A DNA stretch of 64,000 nucleotides. It comes from a bacterium (GTDB lineage: Bacteria > Patescibacteriota > Doudnabacteria > UBA920). The position numbers and the translations under genes were made by a program. The DNA lies in contig CP064996.1 of NCBI GenBank assembly GCA_016699995.1, positions 412,330 to 476,329 on the forward strand, given 5' to 3'. The notes beneath the pieces are model-generated. The model was not told where the DNA came from. It made no database searches and saw only the letters and a list, made by a program, of their open reading frames with translations. The stretch's first letter is position 1. Each line of letters opens with the position of its first letter. Below, one piece after another: positions 1 to 9,204 of the stretch.

Positions 1-1385
1 ATGCGGTCGCATTTGCCGTAAGGCACTGCCAAAGCCCGGCCTACGTCGCGCACCACCGCGCGCGCCTTCATGGTTCCGAAAGTGATAATCTGAGCCACTT
101 TGTCTGCGCCGTATCTTTCTGCGATCCAGCCGATAACTTCGTCTCGGCGATCGTCGGCAATGTCCAAGTCGATATCAGGCGGGGTCGGGCGGTATACAGT
201 TAAGAAACGTTCAAAAGGAAGTTCGTATTCGAGCGGATCAATAGCGCTGATATTTAACAAGTAGCCGACAATGCTACCTGCCGCGCTTCCTCGAGTATTG
301 GTTAAAACGCCAAGCTTATGGGCGCCTTCCACAATGTCGGCCACCATTAAAAAGTAGGCGTCGAATCCCATCGTGGAAATAATTCCTAATTCATAGTCTA
401 TGCGCTCCTGAATCTGGCGATCCAGTTTGCCGCTGGCATACTTGCCTTGCGGTTCGTAAATCTCTTTGGCTTTTTGGTAGACAACATCTTTCAGATGCTC
501 CGCAGCTGTCTTGTTAGGGGGCAGTTCGACTTTGGCAAAGTAGCGCTGGTTGATAGGAATTTCTACATCCACCTGATCTGCGATCACCTGGGTATTACTG
601 ATAGCTTCTGGTAAATCGGCAAATTTTTTAGCCATTTCTCCGGGTGCCGAAAATGAAAGATCATGCGATCGCATATCGAGTCTATTGGTGTCGGTAACGT
701 TGCGTCCAGTTCCAATGCAAACCATGATGTCTTGAGCTTCGGCATCGTCTTTGTGGACATAATGGCAGTCCTGTGTCGCCACAATTGGGACATTGTATTT
801 TTGTCCTAGAGCAACAAGCTCTTCGTTCGGCATTAATTCATGCCCGTCTAAGCTGTTTCTCTGAAGCTCTAAGTAAAAATTTTCCACGCCAAAAATAGAT
901 AAGTATTGCTGCAGCGCTTTGGCTCCTTCTTCCTCGGATACTTTTAAAGCGCGTGCGATTTGCCCGCGGGGGCAGCCGGATAATGCGATCAATCCTTCGG
1001 AGTGTTTTTGGATAGCTGCTAGGTCTATACGCGGCTTGTAATAGAATCCTTCGGTATGTCCTAAAGTCGCCAGCTTCACCAAATTTAAATATCCCTGATA
1101 GTTTTTTGCTAACAGAGTTAAATGATGGTAGTCGGCGTCTTGTTTGCCTTCCTTCATTATCATGCCGCGAGGCGCGATGTAGGCTTCCATTCCGATTATT
1201 GGTTTGATGCCTTCGGCAACACAGGCGTTATAAAATTCGATCACTCCGTACATAGAGCCATGGTCGGTAATAGCCAGACTGGTCATGCCATGAGCTTTGG
1301 CTGCTTGAATCAGGTCCGGAATTTTTGATAGTCCGTCCAGAAGAGAGAAGTGCGAATGGCAATGTAAATGAGTGAATTTCTCCAT
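1..1385 (-). CDS. dnaE: DNA polymerase III alpha subunit, N-terminal (PHP-domain) part; rest of gene lies beyond the window start
   Basis: Minus-strand frame is open from the ATG at 1385 to the window edge. It is absent from the ORF track only because it has no in-window stop. Translation MEKFTHLHCHSHFSLLDGLSKIPDLIQAAKAHGMTSLAITDHGSMYGVIEFY... shows the HxH/D metal-binding motifs of the DnaE PHP domain. Confidence 0.8.
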   Translation of the reverse strand, partial: MEKFTHLHCHSHFSLLDGLSKIPDLIQAAKAHGMTSLAITDHGSMYGVIEFYNACVAEGIKPIIGMEAYIAPRGMIMKEGKQDADYHHLTLLAKNYQGYLNLVKLATLGHTEGFYYKPRIDLAAIQKHSEGLIALSGCPRGQIARALKVSEEEGAKALQQYLSIFGVENFYLELQRNSLDGHELMPNEELVALGQKYNVPIVATQDCHYVHKDDAEAQDIMVCIGTGRNVTDTNRLDMRSHDLSFSAPGEMAKKFADLPEAISNTQVIADQVDVEIPINQRYFAKVELPPNKTAAEHLKDVVYQKAKEIYEPQGKYASGKLDRQIQERIDYELGIISTMGFDAYFLMVADIVEGAHKLGVLTNTRGSAAGSIVGYLLNISAIDPLEYELPFERFLTVYRPTPPDIDLDIADDRRDEVIGWIAERYGADKVAQIITFGTMKARAVVRDVGRALAVPYGKCDR

Positions 1386-1452
1386 GTTTCGTTAAAATTT
1401 GCTATACTAAATTTATCATAACACACCGCCAAAAACTTAAAAGCAACCTAAA

Positions 1453-2301
1453 ATGAGCGAATTAAAGGAAAATTTAAAAGTCCAATATGCCGGCGCCACG
1501 CTGGCAGTTCAAGACGGCCTGTATAAGCTTAACCAGTGGTTTACCGGCCTTCCGGGGTGGGAGCGAACTCTTTTGGTGAGCTTAATTATTTTGCTCATCC
1601 CTGGCGTGGTGGCCTTACGCTACGGCAGCGAACTTTATTTTACTAAATCGCTTAATCAGCACGCCGTCGCGGCTCATCCCGCTTTCGACGCACCGGAACC
1701 GATTCAGGTCTCCAGCGCTAAGATTGTTCAAAATTATAATGGCACAGTCTCTGCCTATGCAGAGGTCACCAATCGTAATTTGGACTTAGCCGCAGAAAGT
1801 TTAAAGTACACCTTCCGTTTCTTGAATTCTAAAGAAGAGGAAATTACTCAGTCTTTCGGGGAAACTTATTTGCTTCCAGATGAAAAGAAGTGGATTGTGG
1901 TTTCTAGGGTTCAATCGCTGCAAAGCATTAGTTCTGCAACTGTAGAAGTAGAACAGCCGACCTGGCAGAAGAAGATCCAATTGCCGGAAGTTGCTTTGCG
2001 AATGTCCGAACCTTATGTGTACGAAGAGGTTAATCCCTTGGCGACCGCTGCAGAGGGCTCTGTGGTTAATAATAGCCCGTATAATTTGAAGCAGGTCACT
2101 TTACTGTTAATCTTATACGATAAAAATGGTAAGATTTTGGCCGTTACAACCAGGGAAGAATACACTCTGAAGGCTTTCGAACGGCGGGCATATAAGCTGC
2201 AGTGGCCGGGAATATACAAAGCGAATGTAGATCGCATAGAACTTCAGGCCTATACCAATACTCTAGATCCAAACAATCTCAGCGCGGGGAGTGCTAAATA
2301 G
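1453..2301 (+). CDS. hypothetical membrane-anchored protein (single N-terminal TM, internally repeated beta-rich segments)
   Basis: 282 aa ORF in the track with a hydrophobic segment LLVSLIILLIPGVVAL. No recognisable catalytic motif. It abuts the SEDS gene with a 2 nt gap. Confidence 0.45.
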   Translation: MSELKENLKVQYAGATLAVQDGLYKLNQWFTGLPGWERTLLVSLIILLIPGVVALRYGSELYFTKSLNQHAVAAHPAFDAPEPIQVSSAKIVQNYNGTVSAYAEVTNRNLDLAAESLKYTFRFLNSKEEEITQSFGETYLLPDEKKWIVVSRVQSLQSISSATVEVEQPTWQKKIQLPEVALRMSEPYVYEEVNPLATAAEGSVVNNSPYNLKQVTLLLILYDKNGKILAVTTREEYTLKAFERRAYKLQWPGIYKANVDRIELQAYTNTLDPNNLSAGSAK

Positions 2302-2303
2302 AC

Positions 2304-3404
2304 ATGAATCAGCTGTTTCAAAAATTGAAATTTTATGACATACCGCTACTAGTAGTTAGCGGTTTGTTGCTTGTTGTGGGCCTATCCATTCAGTATGCCA
2401 TTTCGCTGGGTGAAGGTGATTTGGGTTTATTCTACCGCCAGTTCGCGTTCGCTAGCGGGGGTTTGGTGGTGTTTGTTCTGCTGGCTAATTACAACTACCA
2501 GGTGTTGGCTAAGCAAAACCGGATCATATATCCGATTTTAATCTTCGCGCTTATTTATCTGGTTCTGTTCGGAGACCCGATTCGCGGCAGCGCGCGCTGG
2601 ATTGATTTTGGATTTTTTCAGTTGCAGCCCGCAGAATTGGCAAAAATTATTATCGGTTTAGGATTATCGCGCTGGCTGTATCTTCATCGGGGCGAAATCA
2701 ATTCGTGGAAAAATATTCTACTGACTTTTGTCTACGCTGCGATGCCTGCAGTACTGATAGCCATGGAGCCGGATTTGGGCTCGTCGTTAATTGTTATGGC
2801 GGTATGGTTTGGAATTATTTTACTTAGTCCGATCCGCCGGTCTTTAATAGTAGTATTTCTAATTGCAGGAATTTTGTTTGCTGGCTTTTCCTGGCAGTTC
2901 CTGCTGCGCGATTACCAAAAGTTGCGCGTAGAAGTATTTTTGAATCCGGATAAGGATCCGCAGGGCAAAGGGTATAACGTACGGCAGGCGACAATTGCTG
3001 TAGGGAGCGGACAGCTTACCGGGCGTGGCCTGGGCCAGGGCGTGCAGAGTGGACTAAAGTTTTTGCCGGAAAAGCATACTGACTTTGTTTTTGCTGCATC
3101 AAGCGAAGAGATCGGCTGGGTCGGATCCATCGCGGTGTTAACTCTTTTTTATATTTTGATGATTCGTATAATCAAAATTATGCAGACTGCCCGCAATGAT
3201 TTGGCTATGTATATTGCCGGCGGTATTTTGTTCTTATTCGGATCGCAGGTTGTTATTAACATCGGCATGAACATCGGATTGCTGCCGGTAACAGGGATTC
3301 CTTTGCCGTTTATCACTTATGGAGGCAGCTCGATGCTAGTTACTGCCATTGCATTGGGGATTGTGCAAAACATCGCCAAACAGTCCAAAGTGCTCCGGTT
3401 TTAG
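2304..3404 (+). CDS. rodA: SEDS-family peptidoglycan glycosyltransferase (RodA/FtsW family)
   Basis: Polytopic membrane protein with the conserved SEDS segments DFGFFQLQPAELAKI, GYNVRQATIAVGSGQLTGRGLGQG and PEKHTDFVFAASSEEIGWVGS. A second SEDS copy sits in the dcw cluster at 47718, so this one is provisionally called RodA. Confidence 0.75.
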   Translation: MNQLFQKLKFYDIPLLVVSGLLLVVGLSIQYAISLGEGDLGLFYRQFAFASGGLVVFVLLANYNYQVLAKQNRIIYPILIFALIYLVLFGDPIRGSARWIDFGFFQLQPAELAKIIIGLGLSRWLYLHRGEINSWKNILLTFVYAAMPAVLIAMEPDLGSSLIVMAVWFGIILLSPIRRSLIVVFLIAGILFAGFSWQFLLRDYQKLRVEVFLNPDKDPQGKGYNVRQATIAVGSGQLTGRGLGQGVQSGLKFLPEKHTDFVFAASSEEIGWVGSIAVLTLFYILMIRIIKIMQTARNDLAMYIAGGILFLFGSQVVINIGMNIGLLPVTGIPLPFITYGGSSMLVTAIALGIVQNIAKQSKVLRF

Positions 3405-3463
3405 CCAAGTTTTTTAATTGATGTAGCCATTGGTAGCTGATATAATATAGAGGAAAGGAATAT

Positions 3464-3826
3464 ATGCGCAAAAATGATCTAAAAAGAGTGCTCGGTTGGC
3501 TGGGTTTTATGCTCCAATGTCCGGTGTGTAGTACCAAATATCAAGTTTCAAACATCAAAGTTTTGGACAGCCAGCAGGAAGAAGGTTTTCCGGAAGCGCA
3601 CTTGCTGATTCATTCCGACTGTCATAAATGCAAAAGTTCTGTTATGTTCAATATTGACATCAATGGCCCCGACATCTTCACTGTTATTGCCAAAACCGAC
3701 TTAACCAAGAAAGATACCGCTAAATTCAATGATCTTCCGGCTTTGGTGCCTAATGACTGTATTACCATTCATCAGTCTATAAAAGATTTTGACGGCGACT
3801 TTATTAAAGCCTTTAAGACTAAATAA
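3464..3826 (+). CDS. small zinc-ribbon protein (two CxxC pairs), hypothetical
   Basis: 120 aa with CPVC...CHKC. An AGGAAAGGAA Shine-Dalgarno sequence precedes the ATG, and an intrinsic terminator follows. Confidence 0.45.
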   Translation: MRKNDLKRVLGWLGFMLQCPVCSTKYQVSNIKVLDSQQEEGFPEAHLLIHSDCHKCKSSVMFNIDINGPDIFTVIAKTDLTKKDTAKFNDLPALVPNDCITIHQSIKDFDGDFIKAFKTK

Positions 3827-3836
3827 ATTACTTGCT

Positions 3837-3862
3837 AAACCCGCCACTCGGCGGGTTTTTTG
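3837..3862 (+). terminator. rho-independent terminator
   Basis: AAACCCGCC-ACTC-GGCGGG hairpin followed by TTTTTT. Confidence 0.7.
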
Positions 3863-3932
3863 TCTTTAGCGAGGCCTCTTGCCAAAAATCTCCAAATACT
3901 ATATAATTCTGAAGTATTTAATTTACTACTAT

Positions 3933-4613
3933 ATGGAAAAAATTCAATTAAAGGCCGTTAGCCGAGAGTTAACTCACCGCAATTCTAAGACAGAATACCG
4001 CGCCGGTTTGATTCCTGCCGAAATGTACGGCAACAAAGTCGATAACGTTCACTTGGCTGTGGACGCAATTGAGTTTGAAAAAGTATTTCGAAAAGCTGGC
4101 GAAAGCACAGTTATCGAGCTGGTGATGCCAGACGGATCTGCTACTAATGTACTGATCCATGATGTGCAGCACCATTACTTAAATTCCAACCCGATTCACA
4201 TCGACTTCTTTGCTGTTAACATGTCCGAAAAGCTGCAGGCAACTGTACAGATCGAATACGTTGGCGAAGCTGAAGCTGTGAAAGTTTTGGGCGGTACGTT
4301 GGTAAAAGTATTAAACGAAGTAAACGTAGAATGTTTGCCTATGGACTTGCCTCCTCATTTCGAAGTGGATATTTCTGCCTTAAAGACTTTTGAAGACTCA
4401 ATCACTGTCGCTGACATTAAAGTAAGCGACAAAGTGCAGATTTTAGCCGAAGCCGAAGAAGTGATCGCTAAGGTACAGGCTCCTCGCGATGTAGAAGCAG
4501 AATTAACCAAACAAGTGGACGAAGCAGCAGCTGTAGCTGCAGCCGTAGGTCCTGAACCGGAAACTGGCAATGTTGAAGGCGGCGAAAAAGCTGACGACAA
4601 GGCTGGCGAATAA
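3933..4613 (+). CDS. rplY: 50S ribosomal protein L25 / general stress protein Ctc form
   Basis: MEKIQLKAVSRELTHRNSKTEYRAGLIPAEMYGNK...IHDVQHHYLNSNPIHIDFFAVNMSE matches the L25/Ctc N-terminal domain. An acidic C-terminal tail is typical of the Ctc form. Start is chosen at the conserved Met (3933), not the upstream TTG at 3879. Confidence 0.8.
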   Translation: MEKIQLKAVSRELTHRNSKTEYRAGLIPAEMYGNKVDNVHLAVDAIEFEKVFRKAGESTVIELVMPDGSATNVLIHDVQHHYLNSNPIHIDFFAVNMSEKLQATVQIEYVGEAEAVKVLGGTLVKVLNEVNVECLPMDLPPHFEVDISALKTFEDSITVADIKVSDKVQILAEAEEVIAKVQAPRDVEAELTKQVDEAAAVAAAVGPEPETGNVEGGEKADDKAGE

Positions 4614-4626
4614 TTGCTAAATTTTT

Positions 4627-4660
4627 AACCGCTCTATCCTAACCGATAGGGCGGTTTTTA
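4627..4660 (+). terminator. rho-independent terminator
   Basis: CCGCTCTATC/GATAGGGCGG stem followed by TTTTT. Confidence 0.6.
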
Positions 4661-4665
4661 TATTG

Positions 4666-5496
4666 TTAAAATTCCAAGACAGCGTATCGGATGAGCTGAT
4701 TTAGGTCCTTGTGGAAGGTGAGTTTATAAGGTCTCTGTTCTGATTTTGGTCCAAGAAATTGTCTGACTGCAGAGGACAGGATAGGCTTAGTTGATGGGTC
4801 TAGTTCGAATAGAATCACTTTAGGCTTCTGTTTTCTTTTGGAGATCTGTTCGATAAGTTTTGTATAGAGGATGGAGTCGTTGGTGCCGTCTGTGAGCGCA
4901 AGTTTAGGCTCTTGCTTGAGATTGCTTATAAACTTTCTATAATCACTAACTGGAACGTAGGGGAGATTGGCAATAATTAAATCAGGATTGCTGCGAATAT
5001 TGGAAAGCAGATCGCTTTGTTTGAATGTGACTTTGGATTTTAGACTTTTTGCATTAGCCTGGGCAATTTTTAATGCCTTCGGGGAGATATCCGTTGCGGT
5101 CACCTTTATTTTAGTTCCAGCCGGTGAGTTTTGAAAGATGGAGATGGCCAAGCATCCCGATCCGGTGCCTATATCCAAAATCGATTTTATGTTTTTAGTG
5201 TTGATATAGTCTAAGGTTTTATCTACCAACCATTCGCTTTCGGGCCTGGGGATGAGTACGCTGCGATTCACCTTAAACTTTTGGCCGTAAAAATATTTAT
5301 ACCCCAGCAGGTACGCCGCCGGCGCACCTTTTTTAAAGGCCCCAATCATTTTATCCAAACTAAATTCCTGGCTTTTTGTGAGCTTTTGGCTAGGGTTTTT
5401 AATTAAATCCGATTTTGAATATTTTAAAAGATGAGACAAAAATAATTCTGTCTCATCAATGGAATGATATTTTTTTAAGGCTTCGCGAATGGTCAT
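4666..5496 (-). CDS. prmC: release factor glutamine N5-methyltransferase
   Basis: SAM motif DIGTGSGCLAISI and the NLPYVP (NPPY-type) motif. Its start overlaps the prfA stop by 1 nt (TAATG). Confidence 0.85.
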   Translation of the reverse strand: MTIREALKKYHSIDETELFLSHLLKYSKSDLIKNPSQKLTKSQEFSLDKMIGAFKKGAPAAYLLGYKYFYGQKFKVNRSVLIPRPESEWLVDKTLDYINTKNIKSILDIGTGSGCLAISIFQNSPAGTKIKVTATDISPKALKIAQANAKSLKSKVTFKQSDLLSNIRSNPDLIIANLPYVPVSDYRKFISNLKQEPKLALTDGTNDSILYTKLIEQISKRKQKPKVILFELDPSTKPILSSAVRQFLGPKSEQRPYKLTFHKDLNQLIRYAVLEF

Positions 5497-6590
5497 TACG
5501 AGTTTTTGATCGCTTCTTTTTTGAGTTCAGTATCAGCTTTCTGAAGCGCTTCGATTATTCCGCCCAGTTCTCCTTCCATAATCAAGTTAATTTGGTTAAA
5601 GTTTTGGTTAATGCGATGATCAGTTACGCGGTCCTGCGGGAAGTTATAGGTGCGGATTTTTTCGCTGCGATCGCCGGTGCCAATCTGACTGCGCTTGTTG
5701 TCGGACAGCTTTTTTTCTTCGATTTCACGGTAGTAGCTAGAAACGCGCGCGCGGATAACCGCCAGAGCTTTTTCTTTGTTCTGTGACTGGCTGCGTTCAT
5801 CCTGGCAGGTAGCCATAATTCCTGTTGGAATATGGACTACGCGGATAGCACTATATGTTGTGTTTACGCTCTGGCCGCCTGCGCCCTGCGAGGTAGTGGC
5901 TTCGATCCGCAGATCTTTTGGGTCAATGCTGTAATCGTTTTCTTCCAATTCCGGCATTACAGCGACGGTTATCGTAGAGGTGTGCACTCGGCCGCTTTTC
6001 TCTGTTTCCGGTACGCGCTGCACGCGGTGTACTCCGGATTCGTACTTAAAGATACCGTAGGGGCCAATGTCGCTATTAGGTCCGGCGCTCGGACGGCCGG
6101 TAATCTCGAAGATGACTTCTTTATAGCCGCCGGCATCATTCGTAGAGCTGGAAACAACATTAACTTTCCAATTATTGCTTTCGGCATATTTTGAGTAAGC
6201 TCGGAAAAGCTCGGCAGCAAACAATCCTGCTTCATCGCCGCCGGCACCGGCGCGCATTTCTAAAATAGCGTTCTTTTGGTAGTACTCGTCTTTGGGAATT
6301 AGGTCGGTTTCTATTTCTTCGTTTAGTTCCAAAATGCGCCCTTCAATGGTTCGGATTTCTTCTAGGGCCATGTTGCGCATTTCTTCATCTACTTCGCTCC
6401 CGGCCTCCGCTAATTCTCTGTTGCCGGTTAATTCATCTTCTAATTTTTGTATTGTCTGAATTTTTTCAACGACAGGCAAAAGCTCAGCTTGGCGTTTGCC
6501 GAGTTTGGCGAGGTCAATATTACCGCCAGAACTGAGCTGCTCGGTAAGCTGATTGTATTCTTCTAAAATTTTATTGAATCCTGGGTTCAT
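5496..6590 (-). CDS. prfA: peptide chain release factor 1
   Basis: GGQ motif in SQGAGGQSVNTTYSAIRVVHIPTGI. Start is placed at MNPGFNKILEEY, 12 codons inside the track ORF. Confidence 0.9.
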   Translation of the reverse strand: MNPGFNKILEEYNQLTEQLSSGGNIDLAKLGKRQAELLPVVEKIQTIQKLEDELTGNRELAEAGSEVDEEMRNMALEEIRTIEGRILELNEEIETDLIPKDEYYQKNAILEMRAGAGGDEAGLFAAELFRAYSKYAESNNWKVNVVSSSTNDAGGYKEVIFEITGRPSAGPNSDIGPYGIFKYESGVHRVQRVPETEKSGRVHTSTITVAVMPELEENDYSIDPKDLRIEATTSQGAGGQSVNTTYSAIRVVHIPTGIMATCQDERSQSQNKEKALAVIRARVSSYYREIEEKKLSDNKRSQIGTGDRSEKIRTYNFPQDRVTDHRINQNFNQINLIMEGELGGIIEALQKADTELKKEAIKNS

Positions 6591-6681
6591 AACTCTGTAA
6601 TTATACTGATCACACTGCCATTGCACAAGGCTGGGAGGTATGCTACTTTATTATATCGATAAATCTTTAGGAGGAAGTAAT

Positions 6682-7206
6682 ATGTACTTATTCATACAAT
6701 GGTACTGGATCCCTTTGGGTGTCCTCAGCGTAACATTCTCCATTATCCTTCTGGTTGTTGCCTTTATTGCTTATTTGAATTGGAAGGAAAGTAGAGCGCA
6801 AAGGTTATTCTTTAAATTAACCTCTACAGTGTACGGAAGATTGCAGGAAAGTTGGGAAAAGATGGTGCAAGATGAAGCTGCGGCACGAGGACTGGAGGAC
6901 TGTAAATTATTTCGCACAGAATCCGGTAATATTATCATTGAAAAGAAAAATACCCCTGATCATCTAGGCAGGCATCCTACTCAAATACCCAGGGTTGTAT
7001 TCATATACAACCCACACAATAAAACTCTCTATTTAGACTTGATGGTGAAGTTTTCAACGCGTGCGTGGGGTGGGCCTGTATCACTGTACGAAAGCCGGGA
7101 AGTAAACTTAGATCAAACTAGTCCGGAAATTGTTTATGACAGGACAATGAAGGATGCCATGGAGCTTTATAGGCATGGTTTGGTTGTAGAAGATCACAGA
7201 AATTAA
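6682..7206 (+). CDS. hypothetical membrane-anchored protein
   Basis: Track ORF 6640-7206. The internal ATG at 6682 has a TAGGAGGAAG SD at proper spacing. One N-terminal TM segment. Confidence 0.45.
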   Translation: MYLFIQWYWIPLGVLSVTFSIILLVVAFIAYLNWKESRAQRLFFKLTSTVYGRLQESWEKMVQDEAAARGLEDCKLFRTESGNIIIEKKNTPDHLGRHPTQIPRVVFIYNPHNKTLYLDLMVKFSTRAWGGPVSLYESREVNLDQTSPEIVYDRTMKDAMELYRHGLVVEDHRN

Positions 7207-7220
7207 GTACGTTTACAAAA

Positions 7221-7255
7221 CAAAAACCACCGACTGGTCGGTGGTCTTTTTATTT
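7221..7255. terminator. bidirectional rho-independent terminator between convergent genes
   Basis: ACCACCGAC-TG-GTCGGTGGT 9 bp stem with an A-run on one side and a T-run on the other. Confidence 0.75.
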
Positions 7256-7260
7256 CTAGT

Positions 7261-7527
7261 TTATTCAGCTTTGGATCCGCGGGTCTTGCGAGGCTTCTTT
7301 TCTTTCTTTTCTGTGATAGCCTTGGCTCCGGCTGCGACTCGCTTCTTAAAGCGGTCAACGTTACCAGTGGTGTCGAGGATCTTCTGCTTACCGGTGTAAA
7401 ATGGGTGGCAATTGCTGCAGATTTCGGTTTCGATGGATTCCATAGTGGAACCTGTTGTAAACGAATTTCCGCAAGAACAAGTCACTTTTACGGCGGTATT
7501 ATAATTTGGATGGATTGCTGTTTTCAT
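7261..7527 (-). CDS. rpmE: 50S ribosomal protein L31 (Cys4 zinc form) with a Lys-rich C-terminal extension
   Basis: [28 protein letters not shown]...[12 protein letters not shown]. Start is at the conserved MK..IHP Met, inside the 99 aa track ORF. Confidence 0.85.
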   Translation of the reverse strand: MKTAIHPNYNTAVKVTCSCGNSFTTGSTMESIETEICSNCHPFYTGKQKILDTTGNVDRFKKRVAAGAKAITEKKEKKPRKTRGSKAE

Positions 7528-7596
7528 ATATTTCAGCACGCTTGGGCGCTTGCAAGGCATGGCGCGATACGTGCATTACTGATTAGAACTTTTCTA

Positions 7597-7625
7597 AGTA
7601 TACTAGGACTTGCGCGTTTCGTCAA
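7597..7625 (-). promoter_or_regulatory. candidate sigma70 promoter for rpmE (TTGACG-N17-TATACT)
   Basis: Minus-strand -35 box corresponds to plus-strand CGTCAA at 7620-7625, and the -10 box to plus-strand AGTATA at 7597-7602, with a 17 nt spacer. Confidence 0.45.
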
Positions 7626-7638
7626 TAGTTGGTATACT
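7610..7638 (+). promoter_or_regulatory. candidate sigma70 promoter for rpsB-tsf (TTGCGC-N17-TATACT), overlapping the divergent rpmE promoter
   Basis: -35 at 7610-7615 and -10 at 7633-7638 with a 17 nt spacer. About a 120 nt leader lies before the rpsB ATG. Confidence 0.45.
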
Positions 7639-7759
7639 TTTCGGGTAATTAATTAAACATATCTTGCTTAGCTGAGTAGTATTACTCTGCTAAAAATCCT
7701 GTCGTTTCGGGCCATCTGGCCGATTATCGACCCCGCAAGATAGAAGTTAAAGGATCAAT

Positions 7760-8518
7760 ATGAAAGACATTAGTCTCTTAGACCTGCTTAAGAGCGGGGC
7801 TCATTTTGGGCATAAAACATCTCGTTGGAACCCAAAGATGAAACAGTTTATTTTTGCTTCCCGCAACAATATTCATATCATCGATTTAGAAAAAACCCGC
7901 GCTAACCTCCAGAAGGCTGTTAGCTTTGTTTCTGATATCGCTAAAACCGGCGGTACAGTTTTGTTCATTGGCACAAAGCGCCAGTCCCGCGATATCGTAA
8001 AACAGCAGGCAGAAAGCTGCGGCATGCCTTACGTTAACCTTCGCTGGCTAGGCGGCACATTTACCAACTATCGAACTATTCAAAAGACTGTTCGTAAATT
8101 GGAAAAATTACAATCCCGCAAAGACGCCCCTGACTTCGAATTAAAGTACACTAAGAAAGAACGTTTGCTCATCGAACGCGAAATCGAAAAACTAACCAAG
8201 TTGTTCGAAGGTATCAAGAACATGAAGCGTATTCCTCAGGCGGTGTTCATTACCGATATTCACCACGACGATATTGCCTTAACAGAAGCCCGTAAGATGA
8301 AAGTTCCTGTAATCGCAATCACCGACACTAACACAGATCCAAGTTTGGTGGATTACCCAATCCCGGCTAATGACGATGCCAGCAGTGCTGTAGCATTGAT
8401 CACAGAATTCATCGCTACTGCTGTGAAGGCTAATAAGTCTGCAGAACCTGTCGTCCAAGCTGCTCCAGCTGCTCCTAAGGCAGAGAAGCCAAACGCACCT
8501 GCTGCAAGCAGCAAATAA
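7760..8518 (+). CDS. rpsB: 30S ribosomal protein S2
   Basis: MKDISLLDLLKSGAHFGHKTSRWNPKM...RDIV...PVIAITDTNTDP is canonical S2. Confidence 0.95.
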   Translation: MKDISLLDLLKSGAHFGHKTSRWNPKMKQFIFASRNNIHIIDLEKTRANLQKAVSFVSDIAKTGGTVLFIGTKRQSRDIVKQQAESCGMPYVNLRWLGGTFTNYRTIQKTVRKLEKLQSRKDAPDFELKYTKKERLLIEREIEKLTKLFEGIKNMKRIPQAVFITDIHHDDIALTEARKMKVPVIAITDTNTDPSLVDYPIPANDDASSAVALITEFIATAVKANKSAEPVVQAAPAAPKAEKPNAPAASSK

Positions 8519-8537
8519 CATTATTAATAAAACTAAA

Positions 8538-9122
8538 ATGACTGACAACAATACTATCAAATTACTCCGCGAACAAACCGGCGCTGGTATTATGGACGTA
8601 AAAGAAGCTTTAGAAGAGGCTGGCGGCGATAACGAAAAGGCAATCGAAATTTTGCGCAAAAAAGGTTTAGCCAAGCAGGCTAAGAAGGCTGACCGTGCTG
8701 CCAACGAAGGCATTGTGGAAAGCTATATCCATGCTGGAGGTCGCATCGGCGTATTAGTGGAAGTGAACTGCGAAACCGATTTCGTAGCCCGCACTGATGA
8801 CTTTAAGAATTTGGTAAAGGAAATCGCTCTGCATATTGCTGCAGCTAACCCTCTATATATTTCTTCCGAAGATGTTCCTAACGAAGTAATCGAAAAGGAA
8901 AAGGAAATTTATAAAGAACAGTTTGCCGGCAAGCCGGATGACGTCATCGAAAAGATGCTCGAAGGCAAGATTGCCAAATACTACGAAGAAGCATGTTTGC
9001 TTAACCAGCCGTTCGTTAAAGATGGTGGCAAAACCATCGGCGAATTGCTTGGCGAAGCAACCGGTAAGATGGGGGAGAACATTCAGGTTCGCCGCTTTAC
9101 CCGCTACATGCTTGGTAACTAA
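8538..9122 (+). CDS. tsf: elongation factor Ts (short form)
   Basis: LREQTGAGIMDVKEALEEAGGDNEKAIEILRKKGLAKQAKKADR...VEVNCETDFVART. Sits in the conserved rpsB-tsf position. Confidence 0.9.
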   Translation: MTDNNTIKLLREQTGAGIMDVKEALEEAGGDNEKAIEILRKKGLAKQAKKADRAANEGIVESYIHAGGRIGVLVEVNCETDFVARTDDFKNLVKEIALHIAAANPLYISSEDVPNEVIEKEKEIYKEQFAGKPDDVIEKMLEGKIAKYYEEACLLNQPFVKDGGKTIGELLGEATGKMGENIQVRRFTRYMLGN

Positions 9123-9130
9123 ATTTTTTA

Positions 9131-9168
9131 GGCCTCGCGCACTGCAATTTTGCGGCGCGGGGTCTTTT
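9131..9168 (+). terminator. rho-independent terminator after tsf
   Basis: CCTCGCGC/GCGCGGGG stem followed by TCTTTT. Confidence 0.55.
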
Positions 9169-9204
9169 GTAATGCTATAATGAAGTTAATTAATTCCTGT
9201 AAGC

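Noticed and set aside
3879-3932. TTG-initiated 18-codon N-terminal extension of rplY
   Set aside because: L25/Ctc orthologs begin at the M-x-x-I-x-L-x-A motif found at 3933. The extension is an AT-rich YYIILKYLIYYY run typical of untranslated leader.
5415-6247. Plus-strand ORFs antisense to prmC/prfA (123, 120, 92 aa)
   Set aside because: Overlap conserved genes on the opposite strand. No SD. Arg/Ala-rich antisense-type composition.
8279-8713. 144 aa minus-strand ORF
   Set aside because: Antisense to the highly conserved rpsB 3' end and tsf start. No SD. Cys/Ser-rich nonsense composition.
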